A DNA stretch of 56,539 nucleotides, taken from contig CAZUVX010000013.1 in NCBI GenBank assembly GCA_964623865.1, forward strand, positions 1 to 56,539, written 5' to 3'. The position numbers and the translations under genes were made by a program. Position 1 is the stretch's first letter; every line of letters begins with the position of its first letter. Below the pieces are notes generated by a model. It saw only the letters and a program-made list of their open reading frames with translations. It searched no databases and was not told where the DNA came from. The stretch is from an uncultured Spirochaetaceae bacterium (lineage in GTDB: Bacteria; Spirochaetota; Spirochaetia; DSM-27196; PWMO01). This document shows, one piece after another, positions 20,059 to 28,712 of the stretch.

Positions 20059-22142
20059 CTGGAGTTCTCCTTTCCGGCCGTCTCTTCCTCGACGTAGGCC
20101 GGAAGGCCGGCGAAGAGATCCGCGAATTCGCTGTCCTTGCGGTAGTACACCGCCGGCCGCCCAACCGGCGCGGCAATCCGGTGCCACCCTCCCCGGTAGC
20201 GTTTGCCCGTCCACAGATGGATCCACTCGTCATCCGGGAGGTAGACCGAAATGGCGTGACGGAAGGGCCGCCGCACCGGCGCCACCATAAGATCCGCCCC
20301 GTACATGAACTGATACTTCATCCACTGGGAGCGGCGGTCCCGGGGGTAGTGGATGTATGGGTGGCGAATGGCCGGCAGCCCCTCCTCGACGTACTCCTGG
20401 ACCAGGCGCCGATGGTAGGGCTTGAGCCCGACGTAGACTGCGGTCATCCGCGCCAGGTGGCGCAACGTCCCGGCGTCGCTGTTGAACTGCCAGTTCACGT
20501 CGGGGCGGTTTCCCTCATGACTGCGCATGATCGGACCAAAGGCGGAGAGCTCCGCCCAGCGGGCGAAGAGCCGCTTTCCCCGCTTCACCCACCCGAGGGA
20601 GGTGTAGCCCCCAATGTCCGAGTGGGTGAACCCGACACCGCTCATCCCCAGGGAGATGGCGGCGGGGACAACCGTTGCCAGACCGTCGCTGAAGCTCCAG
20701 TTCACCAGCTGGTCCCCCGCCCAGTAGGCGGTAGCGTACTTCGACGCCCCGGTGTAACCCGCCCGCATGAAGAAGAGGATCTCCCCGAGCTTGCCGGCCT
20801 CGTCGATCGCTTCGTAATTGGCCTTCGCCCACATGGTGGGCCAGCGGTTGTGCGCCGTCTCGGGATTCTCCCCGGAGTAGAGGACGCAGTCCGTAGGGAG
20901 GTACTCCCCGAAGTCCGCCATCCATCCGGAGAGACCAATGTCGATCATGTTCTCCCTGATGACCGACTTGATCCACGCGTACGCCTCCGGGTTGGTCAGG
21001 TCGACGATCGCAGCGGAGAAGGTCGTAATGGGAATGTAGTAGTCCTCCCCGCTCGCCCGCTTGACGCAGTAACCCTTCTCCGACGCCTCGCGGTAAAGGC
21101 GTCCCTCAAGGGCCAGGTAGGGGTTGATGTAACCGAGAACCCGCACCCCTTCGGCGTTGTACGCGGCAATGGTGTCCGGTAGGTCCGGGTAGAGCGACTC
21201 GTCGTACTCCCAGTTCCACATGAGCTGGCGCCCGAAGGAGGTTTCCCGCTTGCCTTCCCAGTCCTGCGTCCACAGAGCGGTGACTTTGACGCCGCCGTTC
21301 AGGGCGTCCCGGTACTTCCGCGCAACCGCCTCGGTGCCGCCTTGCACGCCGAGGATCATGCCGTCGTGGATCCACTCCGGCAGCGCCGGAGCGCGGCCCA
21401 GCTCGCGCGAGATAAAGCCCACCGTGTGGCGAGGATCGTCATCATCGACATAAATCTTGACTGCTTCAGGAACCTCCCAGAAGTGAAGCTCCGCCCGATC
21501 CGCCGGGCGGAAGTTGAGCTCGGCGTAGGCCGAGGTGTAGCAGATGCAAGCCAGATTCGCCGACGTCACGAAGGTGGGCTGCGGGTAGTAGGTGTTGTAC
21601 CAGTGGCCGCCGGCGCCGGCGCGGAGGTTCGCCAGGACGGTGATCAGATCGTGGGCCCGGCCGATCCCCTGCTCCTGCACCCAGATAGGTACCTTGCGCC
21701 CCTTCATGTTCAGGAAGGTGTACTGCTCCCCGCAGCCGTAGATGCCCTTCGCCGGACCGGTGAGGATGGAGAGCCGGATCCGGTTCGTTCCCTCCGGGAC
21801 GTCGGCCACCGTGACCGTCGCGGTCCGACCCTCCGCCACGACGGTCACGGTTCCGGCGCCGGCAATCGAAAGCACGACCGTTCCGGCGGATTCCTCGTGG
21901 ATGGTGCACTCGCCGGCGTCGAACCGCTCGAGGTTGGTATCACGCACGGTGAAGTGACCCCGAACCATGTGGTAGACGCCGTCACCACGGCCGGCAACGA
22001 GAAGCGGCGCCTTCGGCGTGTGCCGCAGGATGGCGCGACCCCGGAACCACACCTCGACCACGTGTTCCGCACGCCGCACCGAGAGGCCCGGGAGGCTCTC
22101 CTCCGCAGTCGGTACCATTGCAGGGCTCCTGTCACTCTTCAC
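20055..22142 (-). CDS. GH31 glycoside hydrolase, YihQ-like (candidate sulfoquinovosidase)
   Basis: 695 aa. Catalytic segments GWMADFGEYLP and YWAGDQ, HSDIGGYT, and WTQDWEGKRETSFGRQLMWNW. This strongly resembles my recollection of E. coli YihQ, with a constant +5 residue offset for Q262, Q288, W304, D405, D472 and Y508. Alternative ATG start at 22118. Confidence 0.7.
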   Translation of the reverse strand: MKSDRSPAMVPTAEESLPGLSVRRAEHVVEVWFRGRAILRHTPKAPLLVAGRGDGVYHMVRGHFTVRDTNLERFDAGECTIHEESAGTVVLSIAGAGTVTVVAEGRTATVTVADVPEGTNRIRLSILTGPAKGIYGCGEQYTFLNMKGRKVPIWVQEQGIGRAHDLITVLANLRAGAGGHWYNTYYPQPTFVTSANLACICYTSAYAELNFRPADRAELHFWEVPEAVKIYVDDDDPRHTVGFISRELGRAPALPEWIHDGMILGVQGGTEAVARKYRDALNGGVKVTALWTQDWEGKRETSFGRQLMWNWEYDESLYPDLPDTIAAYNAEGVRVLGYINPYLALEGRLYREASEKGYCVKRASGEDYYIPITTFSAAIVDLTNPEAYAWIKSVIRENMIDIGLSGWMADFGEYLPTDCVLYSGENPETAHNRWPTMWAKANYEAIDEAGKLGEILFFMRAGYTGASKYATAYWAGDQLVNWSFSDGLATVVPAAISLGMSGVGFTHSDIGGYTSLGWVKRGKRLFARWAELSAFGPIMRSHEGNRPDVNWQFNSDAGTLRHLARMTAVYVGLKPYHRRLVQEYVEEGLPAIRHPYIHYPRDRRSQWMKYQFMYGADLMVAPVRRPFRHAISVYLPDDEWIHLWTGKRYRGGWHRIAAPVGRPAVYYRKDSEFADLFAGLPAYVEEETAGKENSR

Positions 22143-23374
22143 GTTGGTCTCTCCTTGGATACTTCACCGTCCCGGGCGGGGCTTGATGGCGAGCCCGGTG
22201 GAGCCCTTCGTGGCGACCTCGCCCCGTCGGGGCGCTTCCCCGCGTGAGCGGCCGCCGCCGGCGCGACCGGTGTGCCTCCCTGTCGTGCCGACTCTCGCGC
22301 GTCAAGGGAGATCTCGAGGGCGCATTGTGCATCCTCGAGGGAGCAGGCAACGGCGCCACCGTATTCCACCGTCCGGGCGAAGTGCTCGGTGTAGGCGCGA
22401 ATGCTCTCCGGCTCGGTTACCTCGGGTCCGAAGGTCCGCACGTGAGCGTCTTCGGGAGAATCCGACGAGGTGCCCCACGCAACCAGACCCAGGTGGTGAG
22501 CCTGGCCATAGTCCAGGCTGGTGTACGGCGCATCCTTGAGGCCGCACCACACCGTCCCGTCGGTGCCGTGCACCTGAATGGTGAGATTGAAGTCGAAGCC
22601 GGTAAGGGCGTGGGAGAGCTGCAGTATGCCGCCGTTCTCGTATCTACCGTTGATATACGCGACGTCTTCGTAGTCGAAATCGCGGTGGATGTCGTCGACG
22701 GTGACGCACTGCACTTCGGAGACCTCCAGGCGCGGAATGAACCGCGCCAAGTCCACCCAGTGAGAGGTCTCTTCGACAATGAGCCCACCCGAGAGCTCCT
22801 CGCGCTGGATCCACTGGTTCCACTTGTCCCGCTTGAAGGGTGTACGGAAATGGTACAGGGAGAATGCGCGAACCGTCCCGGTGAAGCTTTGCACCAGCTC
22901 CCGTACCGCCGTAACTGCCGGGTTGACGCGGAACTCGTATCCCACTGCGGCTCGGATACCCCGCTTCTCCGCGTCGCGTCCCGCCGCCACGACCGCGGCA
23001 GCGGCCCCTCGGGTCAACGCAATCGGCTTCTCCAGGAGAAGGTGCTTCCCCGCCTCGAGGACCTGCAGCGCCTGCTCGCCGTGCTGGTAGTCGGGAGTGC
23101 ACACACTCACCATGTCGATCTCCGGATCCGCGAGCACCTCATCCAGGGATTGGTACGTGCGCACCCCGAGGTCCTCCCAGGACGCGGCACGCTCCGTTTC
23201 CGAGAAGAGGGTCTTGAGATCCGGCATGCTGCCCTGGTCGAAGGTACCTCCGGGCCCGGTCAGTCGTTCAGGTTGCGCATCGCACACTGCGTAGAGATTC
23301 GCCTCCGAAGAGCGCAGGTATCCCGCGCAGTGTGCCAACCCAATGCCAAGACCCACTACTGCGGCGTTCTTCAC
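22139..23374 (-). CDS. Gfo/Idh/MocA family NAD(P)-dependent oxidoreductase
   Basis: GTG start overlapping the upstream stop (GTGA). N-terminal Rossmann fold (VVGLGIGLAH...VSVCTPDYQHGE...LLEKP) and a C-terminal alpha/beta dimerisation domain. Low-complexity Pro/Ala/Arg C-tail. Confidence 0.85.
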   Translation of the reverse strand: MKNAAVVGLGIGLAHCAGYLRSSEANLYAVCDAQPERLTGPGGTFDQGSMPDLKTLFSETERAASWEDLGVRTYQSLDEVLADPEIDMVSVCTPDYQHGEQALQVLEAGKHLLLEKPIALTRGAAAAVVAAGRDAEKRGIRAAVGYEFRVNPAVTAVRELVQSFTGTVRAFSLYHFRTPFKRDKWNQWIQREELSGGLIVEETSHWVDLARFIPRLEVSEVQCVTVDDIHRDFDYEDVAYINGRYENGGILQLSHALTGFDFNLTIQVHGTDGTVWCGLKDAPYTSLDYGQAHHLGLVAWGTSSDSPEDAHVRTFGPEVTEPESIRAYTEHFARTVEYGGAVACSLEDAQCALEISLDARESARQGGTPVAPAAAAHAGKRPDGARSPRRAPPGSPSSPARDGEVSKERPT

Positions 23375-24570
23375 GTCGGATTCTCCTCAATAAGGCGCCC
23401 ACACTCGGCGCGGATCTCCGCCACCCCGCGAACGTCTTCATCCGGGGCGCCGATGGCACGGAGTCGTTCCTCGAAGCGCGCCAGATAGGCGTCCAGGCGC
23501 CGTGAGTCGACGGGCCGGCTCGTCGGGCCCATGAGATCCTCGAAGGCGTCGTAGAAGACCGCATCCAGGACCTCCTCGGGCAGACGCAGCCCCGTCACGG
23601 TGGGCACGGCGGCCCGAGTCGGTTCGAAGGGGTTCTCGAAGACCGCGTCCGAGGTCAGGAAGCGCAGGAGGCGCCTGGTACCCTCGGCGTTCTCTTCAGG
23701 GCTGCGCCGCGGCAAGTCTTGGCGATGCCCGGGGAACCAGAAGCCGTCGCTGCCGAAGAGAATGCGATGCCGGAAGGTATGGAAGAAGGAGCGGGCATCC
23801 TCGTAACGGCGGTAGAGCTCCGCGTAGAAGTAGAGCCCCGGGGCGAGGTCTAGAACCGCGTTCGGGTAGCGATGCATGAAGGTGTAGAAAGAAGGAAGAT
23901 CGCCGGCACGGAAGAGCAGGTGCGGGAAGATGAAGGTCGTGTCGCCGTGCACCGCGCAGATCGCCGCGGCCTGGCGCTGCAGTTCCTCGAAGGAAGGTAC
24001 CCCGGGGGCGTCGTAGCGGATGCCGAGCTCCGCGTTGATCCCGCCGCTTTGCCCGCGCCAGAACAGCGGCGGGTCGGCGACGTGAATGACAACCGGCATG
24101 CCCAGTCGGCCCGCCTCGTGAAAGAGCGGCCCATAGGCGGCACCGTGCAGAGGCAAGCCGGTACGCGCCTGAAAGTGGGGCTTGCCCGCCCACATCTTGA
24201 TACCGTCGAAGCCGATTGCGTGCAGCTCCCGCAGTTGCGCCGCAAAGTCTACCTCGACGTCGGCGACCTGGTGGACGAGCCCGCTGTAGTCCAGGCCGCC
24301 GAAGGCGAAGACGCTCACCTCAGGGGCGACGTCGCTGAAGGGGTTGAAGCGGTTGTCCTTGTCGCCCTCAACGAGCTCATCCACAAGGGCCGGGGCGACA
24401 AGCTTGCCGTAGATGGCCTCCGGGTTGAAGTTCATCCGGTGGAAATCCGGCAGCGACACAATGCCGACCGCCTCCAGATTGAAGGCGTGAATGTACTCGG
24501 CAAAGGCCCGGATCTGCCGGTGATCGGAGAAGTGAACATGGGAGTCCGCCAGTGGTCGTAGTGAAAGCAT
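23371..24570 (-). CDS. Amidohydrolase-superfamily metal-dependent hydrolase (amidohydrolase_2-like; possible lactonase or decarboxylase type)
   Basis: 399 aa. N-terminal DSHVHF (HxH metal motif) and later VVIHVADP and FPHLLF segments. TIM-barrel hydrolase-like; its substrate is unknown. Confidence 0.7.
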   Translation of the reverse strand: MLSLRPLADSHVHFSDHRQIRAFAEYIHAFNLEAVGIVSLPDFHRMNFNPEAIYGKLVAPALVDELVEGDKDNRFNPFSDVAPEVSVFAFGGLDYSGLVHQVADVEVDFAAQLRELHAIGFDGIKMWAGKPHFQARTGLPLHGAAYGPLFHEAGRLGMPVVIHVADPPLFWRGQSGGINAELGIRYDAPGVPSFEELQRQAAAICAVHGDTTFIFPHLLFRAGDLPSFYTFMHRYPNAVLDLAPGLYFYAELYRRYEDARSFFHTFRHRILFGSDGFWFPGHRQDLPRRSPEENAEGTRRLLRFLTSDAVFENPFEPTRAAVPTVTGLRLPEEVLDAVFYDAFEDLMGPTSRPVDSRRLDAYLARFEERLRAIGAPDEDVRGVAEIRAECGRLIEENPT

Positions 24571-24571
24571 G

Positions 24572-25435
24572 CTACTTCAGTGCAAAGGATGGCCGCTGTG
24601 CCACCTCCGATGTCAGGGTGAGACCGGCATCCGGATGCCGCCGGGCGAAGGAAGCGGGGAAGCTCGGGGAAATGTCCCCGAAGAGAAGCTTGCGCACCAC
24701 CGCTCCCTGCCAGGGCCGATTCAGATAGATGCGCAGCTTCCGCGCTTCCATGATCTGCCGAAACCCTACGGTAACGGCTCGAGGCGGCACCCGCTCGAAG
24801 GCCCCCCGCAGGGCGGTGTTGGAGTTGATGGTGATCGTTTCCCGACTCAACGCGATCACCCGGGTTCCCAGTTGCAGAAAGTCCTCCGCCGAAAGCGCTG
24901 CCTCCGGCTCGTTGAAGGCCAGGTGTCCGTTGATGCCGACCCCGGCGTAACACACACGTGCGCCGCCGAGGTCGGCGAGGCGCCGGTCGTAGTCTTCGGG
25001 GTCCCTCGGGTCCGGGAAGTGAACCCGTTCCGCCGAGAAGCCTCCGGTGGAACCCAGAGGCTCAATCAGCTCCCGCCGAATGAAGCCGCGAAAGGAGAGC
25101 GGACTCTCTTCAGGGATCAGCTCGCCGTCGCCGTCCAGGTATTCGTCCATGAAGAAGAGATGGAGCCGAGAGAGATCAATGGGTCGCTGCTTCACCAGCC
25201 AGACGAAGCGCCGGTACTGGAAGACCGGGCCCACCGGTACAATGAACACGCACTCGCCCGGGGGGGTGCGGCTCCCGCCGGAGTCGCCGTCCCCTCCATT
25301 CGCCCCCTCGATCTCCAGGTACATGGCGAGGGCCATTCGATAGTAGAGATCAACGTCGCTGTCGACCACTTCCACGGGCAAAGGCAGGTCCCTCGCGCCG
25401 GTATGGATGTCGGTGTGGTAGATCTCCTCGCGCAT
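24572..25435 (-). CDS. NagB/glucosamine-6-phosphate isomerase-deaminase family protein
   Basis: ATG at 25435. Motifs FFMDEYL and GVGINGHLAFNEPE are NagB-type rather than 6-phosphogluconolactonase-type. The stop lies 1 nt before the next gene's ATG. Confidence 0.8.
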   Translation of the reverse strand: MREEIYHTDIHTGARDLPLPVEVVDSDVDLYYRMALAMYLEIEGANGGDGDSGGSRTPPGECVFIVPVGPVFQYRRFVWLVKQRPIDLSRLHLFFMDEYLDGDGELIPEESPLSFRGFIRRELIEPLGSTGGFSAERVHFPDPRDPEDYDRRLADLGGARVCYAGVGINGHLAFNEPEAALSAEDFLQLGTRVIALSRETITINSNTALRGAFERVPPRAVTVGFRQIMEARKLRIYLNRPWQGAVVRKLLFGDISPSFPASFARRHPDAGLTLTSEVAQRPSFALK

Positions 25436-25452
25436 GAGTGAGCCCTTCGTCG

Positions 25453-26310
25453 CTATCCCTTCACGGCCCCGGCGGTGAGGCCCTTGATGATCCGCTCGTG
25501 CAACAGGATGTAGACAACGATCATGGGAATGATGGCAATGATGATGGCTGCATACATGGAGGTGTAGTCGGTTCGGAACTGGCTCGTGAAGAACCGGATC
25601 CCGAGCTGGAGCGTTCGCGACCTCTCGGATGCCGTCAGGAGCAGGGCGTAGATGAACTCGTTCCAGGAGAAGAGAAAGGCGAAGGTTCCCGCCGTCACCA
25701 GCCCCAGCTTGGACAGGGGAAGCACGATCCGCGCGTACCGTTGGAAGAATCCGCACCCGTCAATTATGCTCGCCTCCTCCAGCTCCCTGGGAATGGTCTT
25801 CATGAACCCGTGGACCAGGAAGAGGGAGATCGGAATGTTGATTCCCGAGTAGGTGATGACCAGCGCCCAGAGGGTGTCGTACAGCCCCATGCTCATGATG
25901 ATGCGGAAGTACGGGACCATAAGCGCGACGATGGGCACCAGAACTCCCGCCAGTATCAGGTTGAGTAGCGCGTTCTGGAACTTGAAGACGAACCGCGAGA
26001 AGACGTACGCCGCCATGGAGACGACAACAAGGTTCACCACCGTTGAAGCACCGGAAACGAAGAACGAGTTCAGAAATAGTCGATGCAGTCCCGATATCTG
26101 TACCGCTTCCACGTAGTTGGAGAACTGCGGTACATCCGGCAGGCTGAACGGCTCGGTCTGCAGCTCCAAATTGGTCTTCAAGGAGCCCACCAGGAGCCAC
26201 ACCAGGGGCACGAAGGTGGTGAACAAGAAGAAGATCAGTACCGCCCACTTGGCGATCTTTGCGACGTAATCGGTTGCCGACAGTCGGCGCGTTTTCTTGC
26301 TACGTCCCAC
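25453..26310 (-). CDS. Carbohydrate ABC transporter permease (MalG-like)
   Basis: Six-TM BPD-transporter protein with an EAA-like loop (EASIIDGCGFFQRYARIVLP). Start uncertain (GTG at 26310 just after the upstream stop; the ORF is open to ATG 26379). Confidence 0.85.
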   Translation of the reverse strand: MGRSKKTRRLSATDYVAKIAKWAVLIFFLFTTFVPLVWLLVGSLKTNLELQTEPFSLPDVPQFSNYVEAVQISGLHRLFLNSFFVSGASTVVNLVVVSMAAYVFSRFVFKFQNALLNLILAGVLVPIVALMVPYFRIIMSMGLYDTLWALVITYSGINIPISLFLVHGFMKTIPRELEEASIIDGCGFFQRYARIVLPLSKLGLVTAGTFAFLFSWNEFIYALLLTASERSRTLQLGIRFFTSQFRTDYTSMYAAIIIAIIPMIVVYILLHERIIKGLTAGAVKG

Positions 26311-26320
26311 AACCGGCCCC

Positions 26321-27229
26321 CTACTGCATGGATTCCGCGACGGGGTCGCGTCGCCCGATAAACCGACGAACGAGGACAATGATCACAGCTCCCACTGCGA
26401 TCAGCGTTGCACCGATCGAGTTGGCCACACCGTACTCGAGACCGCTCAGCTTCCGGTAGAGCAACAGGGCCATGACGGAGGTCGTGTTCGCCGGACCTCC
26501 CCGCGTCATGAGAAAGGTCGCCTCGAAGTGGCGTAATCCGAAGGCGATCGCCAGAGTCATGGCGGTAACCAGCACCCCGCGAATCATGGGAATGGTGATG
26601 AACCGCTCCTGCTGCCAGACGTTCGCACCGTCGATCTCCGCGGACTCGTAGAAGGACTCGGGAACCGACATGGTCCCGGCCAGAATGATGATCATGAAAT
26701 AGCCGATGTAGAGGAGCTCCTGAAGGATCACCGCGGGCAACGCCGTCTCTACCTGCCCGAGCCAGTTGTTGGTCCACTCCTCCAGGCCGATCGCCTCCAG
26801 AAAGGCGTTGATGGCGCCGAACTCGGCGTTGTACAGAGCCAGCCACAACATGGCAATAGCAACCTTCGAAATGACATTGGGCAGGAAGTAGACGGTACGC
26901 AGCACCCGCCACGCCCGAGGCTTCCGCGCCAGTATCATTGCGACGGTCGCCGCCAGAAAGATCTGAACGAACCCCAGCGAGAAGGCCCAGATGAAGTTGT
27001 TCCGCAAGGAGAGCTGGAAGCTCTGGCTCTGAAAGTTGCGAACGTAGTTCTGCAAACCAAGGAACTCCGGCACTCCCACACCGTTCCACTGGGTGAAGCT
27101 TATGAAGAACACATAGATGAGCGGATAGATGAAGAACATCCCGTAGAGGGTCAGAATCGGCAGCAGGAAGAGGAGAATGCCCTTCCAGTTCAGTCTGAAG
27201 CTCGAAATCCCTTTACCCGTGCCCGCCAC
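26321..27229 (-). CDS. Carbohydrate ABC transporter permease (MalF-like)
   Basis: 302 aa with an EAA loop (ESAEIDGANVWQQERFITIP). CUT1-family architecture. Confidence 0.88.
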   Translation of the reverse strand: MAGTGKGISSFRLNWKGILLFLLPILTLYGMFFIYPLIYVFFISFTQWNGVGVPEFLGLQNYVRNFQSQSFQLSLRNNFIWAFSLGFVQIFLAATVAMILARKPRAWRVLRTVYFLPNVISKVAIAMLWLALYNAEFGAINAFLEAIGLEEWTNNWLGQVETALPAVILQELLYIGYFMIIILAGTMSVPESFYESAEIDGANVWQQERFITIPMIRGVLVTAMTLAIAFGLRHFEATFLMTRGGPANTTSVMALLLYRKLSGLEYGVANSIGATLIAVGAVIIVLVRRFIGRRDPVAESMQ

Positions 27230-27256
27230 GGCGTCCTCCCGTTCACGGAATCAGAT

Positions 27257-27284
27257 GGCCGGGGAGCCTTCCGGCTCCCCGGCC
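27257..27284 (-). terminator. Intercistronic 12-bp GC stem-loop between the binding-protein and permease genes (partial terminator / mRNA stabiliser)
   Basis: GGCCGGGGAGCC-ttcc-GGCTCCCCGGCC is a perfect stem. It sits directly 3' of the SBP gene on the minus-strand transcript. There is no U tract. Confidence 0.45.
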
Positions 27285-27326
27285 GATACCAACGCCCCGG
27301 TGGCGTTGACTCGTAATCAGCGTACG

Positions 27327-28598
27327 CTAATCGGTGTACTGCTGCAGGTTCTCGACGAACTCCTCGGGAGTCTGTCGGTCAAGCGCCATGGCGCCGAAGC
27401 CCTGACCGAGCTCTGCAATGAGGTCGACAGGGTAATTGGCCTGCATGTGCTCCACGGTGAATTCCGCGTTGCTGAAGGCCTCAATGAAGCGAGCCTGGAG
27501 CGGATCCACCTCGTCCTCGGAGAGGCTGTACTTGATGGCGAACATGGACCCGGCATCCAGGGAGATGCGCCGCACGTTCTCCGGATCAGTCATGAACTGC
27601 ATGAAGGCGACGACCGCCTCGCGCTTTCGCGGATCGTCGGTGTTCGCCGCGGCCAGGTTGGACAGGGGGAAGGAGATCTGGTGGCCGTGGAAGTCACCCA
27701 CCTGCGGTGCCGGAGTGAGGCGAGTTGCGTCCTTCACGTCGGGGGCCTGCTCTGCAACGTTACCGATGAACCAGGGCCCGTTGATGAAGATGGCGGTGCG
27801 CTCGGACATGTAGTGACCGCTGGACTCACCGGGGCCGGCGCCGACGGCGTCGCTCGTCGTGTAGTCCTTGAACATGCGCTGCATGATCTCGGCGGCTTCC
27901 ACGTACTGCGGATGCGACAGCGGGCGGTCCCACACATCGGGTCCGCCGATGCTGGCGAGGATGTGCGAGTACCAGAGCATGGAGGTCCAAGCGTTGGACC
28001 CGCCGGTCATCTGCGAGGTCGGTGCAATGTCGTTGGCTTTCAGATCCTCCGCCATTTCCCAGAACTCGTCGATGGTCTCGGGAAAGCTGTCCCAGCCCGC
28101 CTCGGCAAGGAGATCCTCGTTGTACCAGATCGGGGTAACGCCGACTTCGAAGGGTACGCTCTTCACGGCGCCGTCACGGGCCGCTCCCTCAACGGTGCCG
28201 GAAACGAAGTTGTCTCCCCAGTCCCCTTCCAGCTCTTCGGTGAAGTCGAAAAGCAGGTCGCCTTCGTAGTACTGAAAGGTCGTGGGGTCGGGATTGAAGA
28301 CAAAGAGATCCGGGACCTGGCCCGCCGCAATGGACGCGTTGATCTTGTCACGATACCCGTCGGTGTCGGGGTTCGCCTCGATCTCGACCTTATACCGGCC
28401 CTCGTACTCGGCGTTGAACTCCTCGACGAGAGTCTCAACGATCTCGGCCTTGGCGTCCTGGCCGACCCAGAAGGTCGGGAACTCGAGGACTACTTCGCCC
28501 TCTTCCTGCTCACCCTGCCCGGCGGCAAAGGCGGAGCCTAGACTAACCGTGAGCAGCACGAGCAGTGCCACCCCTACAGTTAGAAACCGCTTGTTCAT
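27327..28598 (-). CDS. Sugar ABC transporter substrate-binding protein (family 1 extracellular solute-binding protein)
   Basis: 423 aa. Signal peptide MNKRFLTVGVALLVLLTVSLGSAFAAG, then an acidic SBP_bac_1-like body. First gene of the transporter unit. Confidence 0.85.
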   Translation of the reverse strand: MNKRFLTVGVALLVLLTVSLGSAFAAGQGEQEEGEVVLEFPTFWVGQDAKAEIVETLVEEFNAEYEGRYKVEIEANPDTDGYRDKINASIAAGQVPDLFVFNPDPTTFQYYEGDLLFDFTEELEGDWGDNFVSGTVEGAARDGAVKSVPFEVGVTPIWYNEDLLAEAGWDSFPETIDEFWEMAEDLKANDIAPTSQMTGGSNAWTSMLWYSHILASIGGPDVWDRPLSHPQYVEAAEIMQRMFKDYTTSDAVGAGPGESSGHYMSERTAIFINGPWFIGNVAEQAPDVKDATRLTPAPQVGDFHGHQISFPLSNLAAANTDDPRKREAVVAFMQFMTDPENVRRISLDAGSMFAIKYSLSEDEVDPLQARFIEAFSNAEFTVEHMQANYPVDLIAELGQGFGAMALDRQTPEEFVENLQQYTD

Positions 28599-28712
28599 GA
28601 CACACTCCTTTTCGTGGTCGTGTTTGCGTCAGTTAAGCACGGTTCATATGGGCTGTCAAACTTTGGATGCACCGTGCAAATCCATATTGAACCGCGTTAC
28701 CAACGCGTGTTT

